Positions 10,030-19,040 of a DNA stretch of 64,000 bases are shown piece after piece; within the stretch, counting starts at the first letter, position 1; each line of letters begins with the position of its first letter. This stretch comes from Alphaproteobacteria bacterium (lineage in GTDB: Bacteria > Pseudomonadota > Alphaproteobacteria > MPNO01 > UBA830): contig OZ251539.1 in the NCBI GenBank assembly GCA_965243135.1, forward strand, positions 5,696,001-5,760,000. The letters are read 5' to 3'. Position numbers and translations under genes: made by a program. The notes beneath the pieces are model-generated. The model was not told where the DNA came from. It did not search any database and worked only from the letters and a program-made list of their open reading frames with translations.

Positions 10030-11574
10030 TCAGGCGGTCTCGAACTCGAAGCCGACGATGTTGCGCTCTTCCCGTCCGAACTCCATGCCGATCAACCGGA
10101 TCGGCACGCCGAGATGCCGGTACTTGTCCGCGTAGCCGCGCTCCCGCATCTGCGCCAGCGCTTGGCCTTCGTGCTGTTGGTCCACGACCTTGAACTCGTA
10201 CAGATGCACGCATCCCGGACTCAGCACAGCCATGTCCAGTCGCCCGCGGGCGGTCGCTTCCTCGACCCGAACGTCCAGACCCGCCGCCGCGAAGTGCGAG
10301 TAGACGAGGGCCGCCCAATAGCCCTCGTAGAGGTCGTTCTTCCGGTGCCAGTCGTGAGGAACGCTCGCGAAGAACGCCTCGAACAGCGCTCTCACCCTCT
10401 CCGGATCGTCCTCCGCCGTCAGCCTGGCCAGTTCCGCCTGCCGCGTCGCCTCCTGCCCCGTCGTCGGCGCCATGGCGCGCAACAGCCTCTTGTTCAGGCT
10501 GAGCTTCACCTCGTAGTTCGGGTAGTCCAGCCGGTAGAGGCTCCCGCCGTCTGCGGCCTCCTCGCCGACAATGGTCAAGTAGCCGGTCTGGAACAAAAGC
10601 GCTTCGGTCGAGATGTCGTCGACGTCGAAGGCCGACAGCAACTCGTCGTCCGCGACAAGCCCCTCAAGGGCCGGCGTCGCGACCCGGCGGCGCGATAGAA
10701 GGTCGACGAGGAAGGTCGGCGTGCCGCTCTGGAACCAGTGCGCCTCGAACTTGCGCGTTTCGAAGAGAAGGAGGACGTCGAACGGGTTGTAGACCTTCTC
10801 CGCGCCGCACCAGTTGTAGCCATTGTACCAGCGCCGGACTTCTTCCCGGTCCAGGCCCTCGATCTCCGGGGCGAAGACCGTATCCAGTTCTTCGTCCGTG
10901 TAACCGCAAAGGGTACCGAAACGCGGATCGAGGGTGATGTCGCGCAGGTTGTTCAGGCCCGAGAACACGCCCGCTTGCGAGAACTTGCTCACCCCCGTCA
11001 GGAAAACGAAACGCAGCTGTCTGTCGCAAGCCTTGATCACCCCGTACAAGCTGCGCAGGAAGTCGCGGTTGGCCCGCGCCAGTTCCCGGTCGCCGAGCGC
11101 GTCCAGGATCGGCTTGTCGTATTCGTCCACCAGAACGACCGCCTGCCGCCCGGTGCGCTCGTGCAGGGCCTCGATCAATTCCCAGAAACGAACCGACGCC
11201 TCGACGGAGCCCGGTTCGAGGCCGGCGCGCCTCTCCGCCGCCGCTAGCTGCGCTTCCACGGTTACGCGAACCCCGTCCGGGGCGCGGAAATCGCCCCCTC
11301 TGCTGAAATCCAGCCGCACGACCGGATGGTGCGCCGACCAGTCCCACTTGCCGTGCACGGCGAGGCCCCGGAACAACTCCTCGCTTCCCTCGAACAACTC
11401 CTGCAGCGTGTCCACCAGCAAGCTCTTGCCGAACCGGCGCGGACGCGACAGGAAATTGTACTTGCCCCTCTCGACGAGGCGGCGCGCATGCTCCGTCTTG
11501 TCGACGTAGTAGCAGTCCATTTTCCGGATCTCCCGGAGGGAGGTCATACCGGTCGGAAGCATGCGTTTCGTCAT
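10030..11574 (-). CDS. AAA-ATPase-like + PD-(D/E)XK nuclease protein, paralog C
   Basis: Same motif set; C-terminal half nearly identical to paralog D. Confidence 0.88.
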   Translation of the reverse strand: MTKRMLPTGMTSLREIRKMDCYYVDKTEHARRLVERGKYNFLSRPRRFGKSLLVDTLQELFEGSEELFRGLAVHGKWDWSAHHPVVRLDFSRGGDFRAPDGVRVTVEAQLAAAERRAGLEPGSVEASVRFWELIEALHERTGRQAVVLVDEYDKPILDALGDRELARANRDFLRSLYGVIKACDRQLRFVFLTGVSKFSQAGVFSGLNNLRDITLDPRFGTLCGYTDEELDTVFAPEIEGLDREEVRRWYNGYNWCGAEKVYNPFDVLLLFETRKFEAHWFQSGTPTFLVDLLSRRRVATPALEGLVADDELLSAFDVDDISTEALLFQTGYLTIVGEEAADGGSLYRLDYPNYEVKLSLNKRLLRAMAPTTGQEATRQAELARLTAEDDPERVRALFEAFFASVPHDWHRKNDLYEGYWAALVYSHFAAAGLDVRVEEATARGRLDMAVLSPGCVHLYEFKVVDQQHEGQALAQMRERGYADKYRHLGVPIRLIGMEFGREERNIVGFEFETA

Positions 11575-11580
11575 CCTAAA

Positions 11581-11609
11581 AGGGTAGGCCGCCGTACCGG
11601 AGCGGTCAA
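11581..11609 (-). promoter_or_regulatory. sigma70-type leaderless promoter of paralog C
   Basis: TTGACC-17nt-TACCCT-6nt-ATG. Confidence 0.6.
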
Positions 11610-12113
11610 GGAGCGGTGAACGCGAGACGTTCGCGCTGCGCCATGTTTTGGTCGGCTGCCGTCGGTCCGGCGCGGGCGACTCGGGCAACTTGTCTCCCCA
11701 TGAAAAGAATGTTCCCCTGCCGCCTCTCGTGGCATTCAGCCAGGATGCTCACGACAACCCTCGGGGGGCCGGATTTTTTTGCGCGGAGACGCGCCGCCCA
11801 TTGTCGCAGCGCGGCGTCCGGGCGGACGGCTTGGGACGGAGTCTGCGGAACCTGCCGCCCCGGAAAATCCGCGGTCACCGGGGACATCCGCCGCCCTTGA
11901 AAGCCGTCGGGATTTCAGGACGCCGGGAACGGCGACTGAGCGTCCGTAGAGAGGAGCCGCCGGGCCGGAATTCCCGCCCGCCTCCTCGGCGGCGCTTCCC
12001 GCCAAGTTCCCGGAGGGCAAGGCGGCGGAATAAAAGACGACAGCCTTTCGCCGAGGCGGCTGTCGAAACGCTCGAACGGGACCATCGAACTCGTCCGCTG
12101 GCGGTTCCCGGCT

Positions 12114-13661
12114 TCAGGCGGTCTCGAACTCGAAGCCGACGATGTTGCGCTCTTCCCGTCCGAACTCCATGCCGATCAACCGGATCGGCACGCCGAGATG
12201 CCGGTACTTGTCTGCGTAGCCGCGCTCCCGCATCTGCGCCAGCGCTTGGCCTTCGTGCTGTTGGTCCACGACCTTGAACTCGTACAGATGCACGCATCCC
12301 GGACTCAGCACAGCCATGTCCAGTCGCCCGCGGGCGGTCGCTTCCTCGACCCGAACGTCCAGACCCGCCGCCGCGAAGTGCGAGTAGACGAGGGCCGCCC
12401 AATAGCCCTCGTAATTTGCGAGGTCGTTCTTCCGGTGCCAGTCGTGAGGAACGCTCGCGAAGAACGCCTCGAACAGCGTCCTCACCTTCTCCGGATCGTC
12501 CTCCGCCGTCAGCCTGGCCAGCTCCGCCTGCCGCGTCGCCTCCTGCCCCTTTACCGGCGACATGGCGCGCAGCAGCCTCTTGTTCAGGCTGAGTTTCACC
12601 TCGTAGTTCGGGTAACCCAGCCGATAGAGGCTGCCGCCGCCGACGGCTTCCTCGCCGACGATGGTCAGGTAGCCGGTCTGGAACAAAAGCGCTTCGGTCG
12701 AGATGTCGTCGACGTCGAAAGTCGAGAGCAGTTCGTCGTCCGCGAACATGCCCTCCAGGGCCGGCGGCGCGACCTGGCGGCGCGACAGAAGGTCGACGAG
12801 GAAGGTCGGCGTGCCGCTCCTGAACCAGTGCGCCTCGAACTGGCGACGCCGGAACAGCAGCAGGACATCGAACGGGTTGTAGACCCTGTCCGCGCCGCGC
12901 CAGTTGTAGCCGTTGTACCAGCGGCGTATTTCGTCCCGGTCCAGGCCCTCGAGTTCAAGAGCGAAGACTGCGTCCAGCTCCGAGTCCGTGTAGCCGCAAA
13001 TGTTCGAGAACTCCGGCTCCAGCGTGATGTCGATCAGGTTGTTCAGGCCCGAGAAAATGCCCGCCTGCGAGAACTTGCTCACGCCCGTCAGGAAAACGAA
13101 ACGGAGATGCCTGTCGCTGTCCTTGATCATCGCGTAGAAGCCGCGCAGGAAGTCGCGGTTGGCACGCGCCAGTTCCCGGTCGCCGAGCGCGTCCAGGATC
13201 GGCTTGTCGTATTCGTCGACCAGAACGACCACTCGCTGCCCGGCGCGCTCGTGCAGCGTCCTTATCAGGCGCCGGAAACGGACCGCCGCCCCGGCGGGGC
13301 CCGGTTCGAGGCCGGCCAGCCGCTCCGTTTCCTCCAACTGGTCTTCCACGTTTCCCCGAACGAGGTCCGGAGAGTCGAAATTGCCCCCGCCGAAGCTGAT
13401 CCGCACGACGGGATGGCGCGTCGACCAGTTCCACTTGCCGTGTATGGCGAGGCCCCGGAACAGCTCCTCGCTTCCCTCGAACAGCTCCTGCAGCGTGTCC
13501 ACCAGCAGGGTCTTGCCGAACCGGCGCGGACGCGACAGGAAATAGAGCTTGCCCTCCTCGACGAGGCGGTGCACATGGTCCGTCTTGTCGACGTAGTAGC
13601 AGTCCAGATCCCGGATCTCCCGGAGGGAGGTCATGCCGATCGGCAGCATGCGCTTGGTCAT
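12114..13661 (-). CDS. AAA-ATPase-like + PD-(D/E)XK nuclease protein, paralog D
   Basis: Same motif set; N-terminal half like B, C-terminal half like C. Confidence 0.88.
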   Translation of the reverse strand: MTKRMLPIGMTSLREIRDLDCYYVDKTDHVHRLVEEGKLYFLSRPRRFGKTLLVDTLQELFEGSEELFRGLAIHGKWNWSTRHPVVRISFGGGNFDSPDLVRGNVEDQLEETERLAGLEPGPAGAAVRFRRLIRTLHERAGQRVVVLVDEYDKPILDALGDRELARANRDFLRGFYAMIKDSDRHLRFVFLTGVSKFSQAGIFSGLNNLIDITLEPEFSNICGYTDSELDAVFALELEGLDRDEIRRWYNGYNWRGADRVYNPFDVLLLFRRRQFEAHWFRSGTPTFLVDLLSRRQVAPPALEGMFADDELLSTFDVDDISTEALLFQTGYLTIVGEEAVGGGSLYRLGYPNYEVKLSLNKRLLRAMSPVKGQEATRQAELARLTAEDDPEKVRTLFEAFFASVPHDWHRKNDLANYEGYWAALVYSHFAAAGLDVRVEEATARGRLDMAVLSPGCVHLYEFKVVDQQHEGQALAQMRERGYADKYRHLGVPIRLIGMEFGREERNIVGFEFETA

Positions 13662-13667
13662 TCGAAA

Positions 13668-13696
13668 AGAGTAGGCCGCCGCGCCGTCACCGTCAA
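13668..13696 (-). promoter_or_regulatory. sigma70-type leaderless promoter of paralog D
   Basis: TTGACG-17nt-TACTCT-6nt-ATG. Confidence 0.6.
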
Positions 13697-13868
13697 TGAG
13701 GAGGCGATTGGAGGCGTTTGCGCTGCGCCATGTTTTGCTGCCGTCAGCACAGCACTGCGCGGACCGCTCCGTCCACCCGCGGCGGCGCCATTCGCATTGA
13801 TCTTCGAATGCGCTATAATGCATCGCCCAAAGAGGCATTCTGTCGTCTGCATTCCAAGAGGAACATCG

Positions 13869-15263
13869 ATGAAGAAATACGAACGCATGGCGGGCCGCGC
13901 GCTTCGCCGAACTGTCGTGGTGGGCGGCGTTCTTCTCGCCGCGGCCTTCATGGCGGCTGATGCGCATGCCGCCCTCGACGCCGAATCGAAGTTCGTTCTG
14001 AACAGTTTTTCGTTCCTCATATGGGGTGCGCTGGTCATGTGGATGTGCGCGGGCTTCACCATGCTCGAGTCCGGCACCGTGCGGACCAAGAACGCTTCGG
14101 TCATCTGCCTGAAGAATATCGGGCTCTATTCCATTGCCGGCCTCGCCTTCTATCTTCTCGGCTACAACATCATGTATACCGATGTCGGAAGCTGGATCGG
14201 TTCCGTCAAGCTGTTATACGGCACGTCCGCCGATGAAATCGCGCTGCTGTCGGACAAGGCGGACGCGCTGGCCGGGGTTCTCGAGAACGGCTACTCCAAG
14301 ATGTCGGACTGGTTCTTCCAGATGGTGTTCGTGGCGACCACCGCGTCCATCGTGTCCGGCGCGCTTGCCGAGCGCGTCAAGCTTTGGTCGTTTTTCCTGT
14401 TCATCGCGCTTCTGACGGCGATCATCTATCCGATCGTCGGCTCATGGACCTGGGGCGGCGGCTGGCTCAGCGACTACGGTTTTCAGGATTTCGCGGGATC
14501 GACGATCGTTCACTCGACCGGCGGCTGGGCGGCGCTGGCCGGCATCATGGTCGTCGGCGCGAGGACCGGCAAGTTCAGGGCCGACGGCAGCGTAAAGAGC
14601 ACTCCGCCGTCGAACGTGCCGGCCGTAACTCTGGGCGTATTCATCCTCTGGCTGGGCTGGTTCGGTTTCAACGGAGGTTCGCAGCTGGCTTTGGGCGGCG
14701 CGGCCGATGCGGTGGCGATCAGCAACATTTTGGCGAACACCAATCTTGCGGCGGCGGCCGGCGTCATGGTGGCGCTCGCCCTGTCCAGGCCGGTGTTCGG
14801 GCGAGTCGATCTGCTCGCCGCGCTGAACGGCGCCATAGCCGGGCTGGTTTCCATCACCGCGGGTCCCGACATCGTCGAGCATTACTGGGCCGTCATCATC
14901 GGCGCCGTCGGCGGCGCCATCTGCGTCTTGGGCATGAAATTGCTCGAAACGTTGAAGCTCGACGACGTGGTCGGCGCAATTCCCGCCCATCTGTTCGCCG
15001 GCGCATGGGGAACGCTCGCCGTCTGCATTGCCGCCGGCGGCGACATCGTCGTGCAGATCGTCGGCGTGTTGGCCGTGGGCGTCTTCGTGTTCGCCTGTTC
15101 CATAGTTCTCTGGCTGATCATCGACAAGGTTTTCGGAGCGCGCGTTTCGCTGAAGGTCGAGGAGTTGGGTCAGGATACGGCGGAGCTCGGAATCGAGGCG
15201 TATCCCGAATTCGTGCTGATGCCCGACATGGACGAGGCGGACGATTTCTCGGCCCAAAAGTGA
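13869..15263 (+). CDS. amtB: Ammonium transporter (Amt family)
   Basis: GFTMLESG..KN, FFQMVF..IVSGALAER, DFAGSTIVHSTGG, LWLGWFGFNGGS, DDVVGAIPAH; GAGGA RBS; TATAAT at 13814-13819. Confidence 0.95.
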   Translation: MKKYERMAGRALRRTVVVGGVLLAAAFMAADAHAALDAESKFVLNSFSFLIWGALVMWMCAGFTMLESGTVRTKNASVICLKNIGLYSIAGLAFYLLGYNIMYTDVGSWIGSVKLLYGTSADEIALLSDKADALAGVLENGYSKMSDWFFQMVFVATTASIVSGALAERVKLWSFFLFIALLTAIIYPIVGSWTWGGGWLSDYGFQDFAGSTIVHSTGGWAALAGIMVVGARTGKFRADGSVKSTPPSNVPAVTLGVFILWLGWFGFNGGSQLALGGAADAVAISNILANTNLAAAAGVMVALALSRPVFGRVDLLAALNGAIAGLVSITAGPDIVEHYWAVIIGAVGGAICVLGMKLLETLKLDDVVGAIPAHLFAGAWGTLAVCIAAGGDIVVQIVGVLAVGVFVFACSIVLWLIIDKVFGARVSLKVEELGQDTAELGIEAYPEFVLMPDMDEADDFSAQK

Positions 15264-15298
15264 CGGCGACCCCGGGCAACGGGGCAGAAAACCCCGCA

Positions 15299-15333
15299 GA
15301 GCTTTCCCGGACCGGCAGGTTCCGGGAAAGCTC
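15299..15333. terminator. 13-bp perfect stem-loop downstream of amtB (possible terminator or RNA stability element)
   Basis: GAGCTTTCCCGGA-9nt-TCCGGGAAAGCTC; no U-tract follows. Confidence 0.35.
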
Positions 15334-16552
15334 CGTCCGGGGAGCGGCGGAGCGCCGCGGCTCTTCGCGCGCCCCGGCGCCGCGCAGTCCGCCGTTGGCC
15401 TGACGGCAGACCGCCACGACGAAGAAAGGGGCGCAGGTTGACCCGGCTTTCCCGCAGGGAAAGGAGAATCCCGAGCTCCAAGGAGAGACCGCGGCCAAAA
15501 GCGCAGGAATCTGCAGGCGACCGCGGCCGTAGGCGCGGCCGGTCGGTCCGGCCCGCGTAGTCGCCGCGGACCAGCGGCCGCACGCGCCGTTCACGGTCAC
15601 CCGACGTGGCGACCAGCGCGCCTTTGGCGCGTGACGCCTCTCTCCCTGAAGATGCAGCTGCTTTCCTGCCGGACGCCGGGAGCATGGTTGCCGGTAGTCC
15701 AGATGTTGCGGGCGTCGAGCCGGCCTCGCCAGTGCGACGGCCGCCGCGGGATTCTTCGCCCGTGCGTCTTCCCTCGTCGAGATCCCCTCGCTGTACGGGT
15801 GCGTGAACCTGCCCGCGCGGCCGAGTTGCAGCGGCATGAACGTAGATGATGGCCGATGCCTTCGCGCAGGGCCGCGGGAAACGAAGTCATCGACGGCGCC
15901 AATTCCGGGGTTATGGACCACGCTGGAGCGGTTTTTCCTGTCCGCGTACCGGCACGGAGGTCCGCCTGTTGCAGAAGGACTGCTCCTGAAGAAATTGCCG
16001 TCGCAAGACGGGCCGAGAACCCCTTTCATGGGATTCCGCGTCAGGCGGCGAATCCGTACGACGAAATGCGGCAGGCGTGAGAATCTATCGGCGCGAGGCG
16101 TAGGAAACGGGCTCGCGTCGAGAGAAACGATCGGTCGGGCCCAGCGGGGACGACGAGGCCGGAGATTGGAGCCGCGTGCGCTGTCCGCAACACCTTGAAA
16201 TGCGGACAGCTTTCCGGGGCGCGGAATTTTTTTACCCCGATTCGGGTACGGAAAACCGCGAATTCTTCGCGTCGGGACCGCGATTTTCGCAGATTCCACC
16301 CCACGGCCGGCCGGGTGCCGCTCCCCCGATTGGCCAACTGCGTTCAGACCACGGCCCGGCTTGCACCAGGTTTGCGGCGTGGCAACCGGATACTCGCCTT
16401 TTGTTCTGAAGACCGAGCACCCCCTCGGCACTTGTCTGGCAAGCTCGCCGAGGGGGATCCTCAAATAATTTGATTAAAATCCACATGAAACCTGTGCATA
16501 TCCTTGCACAGCCACACATGATACTGATGGCAGATGTTTTGGAGGCAGAGCA

Positions 16553-16798
16553 ATGGCGACGATCAACGTGCGGCAACTGGGCGTGGTCCGGCACCTTAAG
16601 CGGCGGGCCGCCGGGAACAACCGCTCTCTGGAAGGCGAAGTGCGCCACATTCTTCGCGGCGCGGTCGCGGACGACATGGCGGCGAAGCGGGCGTCCTTCC
16701 GGGCTCTGGCCGCGAGGCTGCGGCGGAAGACCGAAGGGGACGCGCAAACGCTCTCGGAAATCCGCGAGGATCGTGACGGCGGGCACCGAGTGGGCTGA
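16553..16798 (+). CDS. FitA/Arc-like ribbon-helix-helix antitoxin
   Basis: MATINVRQL..LKRRAAGNNRSLEGEVRHIL..IREDRDG; GGAGG RBS; coupled to a PIN gene. Confidence 0.8.
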   Translation: MATINVRQLGVVRHLKRRAAGNNRSLEGEVRHILRGAVADDMAAKRASFRALAARLRRKTEGDAQTLSEIREDRDGGHRVG

Positions 16799-17360
16799 TG
16801 CGTCTGGTGGTCGACGCCAGCGTGGCGGTCAAATGGCTGATCGCGGAGGACGGTTCGGACGCGGCGGCTCTCTTGTTGATGGACGGCGACGATCTGCATG
16901 CGCCGCGTCTGATGGCTTCCGAGGTCGCCAACGCGCTGTGGTGCAAGATCCGGAAGGGCGAGGTCGAGCGCGGCCAAGTCGACGTTCTGACGGCCGCCGT
17001 ATGCCCGTTCGTTGGAGCGCGGACGAGACGGTGTGCGTGGACGCTGTTCGTCTGGCCGTCGCGCTCGACCGACCGGTTTACGACTGCATGTACCTGACTC
17101 TGGCGCATCGCCTTGAAGCTCGATTGGTGACGGCGGACCGGCGCTTTGCGAACGCTCTGGCGTCGACCGAGCACGGCGGCGCCGTAACGACGCTGGCGGA
17201 CCATGCGCGGGAACGATGGGCCGGTCAAGCGCGAACGGGTTGTCATTGGGCGGTCGCATGCCCGGGGGAAGCGCAGGCTTTCGGCCCGCTGTGCCGACGG
17301 AGACATCGGCGCTCTCAGGTCAACGAGGTCTTCTCGCTCGCGGATGGTTTTCGTGAATAA
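16798..17360 (+). pseudogene. vapC: VapC/PIN toxin, frameshifted near 17000
   Basis: MRLVVDASVAVKWLIAEDGS..EVANALW in one frame; LDRPVYDCMYLTLA..LVTADRRF continues in another. Confidence 0.8.
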
Positions 17361-17445
17361 GCAGGAAATCATGAAAACAGGCCCACGCTATTTTCGTGCG
17401 TCAGAACGCCGGTCGGAGCCCAACCGATGAACCGGGCGGGCCTCT

Positions 17446-17625
17446 GGAACGTGCGGCAATTCCCGCTAAGGCTCTTGGAAAATACGGGGTTTCAGAAAAA
17501 TTTTTCGTAGATTTTTCCGGGTATTTGCCTGAGGGATTTGTCGCGGCGGCTTGTCCATTGGTACTTCTCGACGCACCTTCCGGACATGCGGCCGCCTTGG
17601 CGAAAATTGCTGTGGCGAAACCGAG
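17446..17625 (+). repeat. Diverged copy of the autotransporter upstream region (inverted relative to 23625-23840)
   Basis: GGAAAATACGGGGTTTCAGAAAAATTTTTCGTAGATTTTTCCGG vs GGAAAACCGGGAGTTCGAAAAAATTTTTCGTGGACTTTTCCGG; similarity continues through GCGGC.TGTCCAT to GAAACC. Confidence 0.65.
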
Positions 17626-18428
17626 CCGCTGGCCTCGCTTCGCTTCTTGCCCGGAAGCGCTCAGCGCCATTGTCTCCCCGCGGCGCCTCCGCTCCTTTTC
17701 CGCCGTTCCGCGCTTCCAGACAGCGCGTCTCGTACTCCCGCGTTGTGATGGAGGGGGCCGGAGAACGACGCCGCTTCGACGACCGAGCGCGTTCCGGAAG
17801 GCTGTCAAGAACCTCTTGGGGAGGCCGGAGACTCCTCGCCAAGGTTTTCCACGTTGTGGGCACCTGGCGTTTCGTCCGCTCCCATGGCCCTGTACATGTC
17901 CCGCGCGTCAGGTCCTGACGGCCGCCGCGGATACCTGAGCGGTCGAACCGGCGCATAGCTGTCGCCGACGCCGCTCATGGTTCTCAGCACGGCGGGCAGG
18001 AAGGCGCTCCCTCCGCGAAAGGCGCTCAGCAGAGTTCGTTGCGCTATTTTGAAAGCGGAGTCGTTCGGCGAACGCACGGCGATCTGGGGCATGGAGCTTT
18101 CCTTGTCTTTCACCGTGAGCCTGGAAATATTCTTCGATAGCTCCAAACATAACAAGAGCCGAATTAAAGGCGTTTACGGCGCGCCGTTCCCGTCGGCCGA
18201 ACGCCCGGCGATTCGTCCGCCCGCCGACGGAAGCGCAAGGGTGGTTCAGGCGTCCTTGAACAAGCGAAGATTACGCAGCGACGCAAACCCGTCGCCCGAC
18301 CGCAAGCGTCTTTGGCGTTGCGTTCGACAGCGCCCCCTTCCGAAAGGAAGCCGACGAAAGGTTTTACCGTTGGCGGGCAGCTTGACGACGATCACCGAGA
18401 AAAGCCGGTTCGGCGGAGAGTCGGTCGG

Positions 18429-19040
18429 TCAGCGATTGCCGATCTCGCCCAGCAGGCGATCGATGGCGTTCGTAAACCCCTTCAAGGAGCCCTCGAGGCG
18501 AAACGGCTCGCCTCCGCCGGCCGCCGGTTCGGCCTCCACGTGAAGCACCACTCCCGCCCGGAAGCTTTCGATCATTATCTGGCTGAGGGCGCCGCGCGCG
18601 ACGCAGCCGTTCGGGAAACAGGAATCGAACGCAAGCAGAGTGCTTGGCGCCTCGTCGGCGCGCAGCCGCAGGCCGCTCTTCAACTTCAGGCCGAACGGCG
18701 TGACCACGACCGCCTCGAATCCCTTGCCGGGGGAGGCCAGCGGGACGAGAGTCACGGTCAGCAACGGCTGCCGTTGTCCGGACTGGGGGTCTTGCCAGAT
18801 GAACCGCTGCTCCATGACGCACTGCCGCACGCTCTCGCCTTCCCTCTCCTCGACCGCGCAGCGCACCGTCCAGTTGTTGTAGGTTTCGGAAAAGGCGCTC
18901 GGCCCGGAGACCTGCGCATGCGAGGGCACCCCCCAACCGAGCGCCGCGAACGCGATTGCGGCGAAGCGGACGACGAAATTTCTCGCGATCGTCCCGCCCG
19001 GCCATCCATTTCTCGCGAACGGCGCTGCGGAACGCGTCAT
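18429..19040 (-). CDS. Invasion-associated locus B (IalB) family protein
   Basis: Signal peptide; ETYNNWTVRC..CVMEQ..TPFGLKL..CFPNGCVA..SLKGF; start overlaps the autotransporter stop. Confidence 0.85.
   Translation of the reverse strand: MTRSAAPFARNGWPGGTIARNFVVRFAAIAFAALGWGVPSHAQVSGPSAFSETYNNWTVRCAVEEREGESVRQCVMEQRFIWQDPQSGQRQPLLTVTLVPLASPGKGFEAVVVTPFGLKLKSGLRLRADEAPSTLLAFDSCFPNGCVARGALSQIMIESFRAGVVLHVEAEPAAGGGEPFRLEGSLKGFTNAIDRLLGEIGNR

Noticed and set aside
5365-13661. Diversity-generating retroelement or invertase shufflon as the cause of paralog variation
   Set aside because: No reverse transcriptase, adenine-specific TR/VR pattern or intact recombinase in the window; variation is block-wise.
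12198-13868. 1021-aa ORF appearing to fuse a long N-terminus to AmtB
   Set aside because: The extension is the antisense frame of paralog D; amtB has its own RBS and start at 13869.
15340-16470. 1.1-kb intergenic stretch with short hairpins and ORFs
   Set aside because: No recognisable family, repeat periodicity or tRNA fold; probably decayed sequence.
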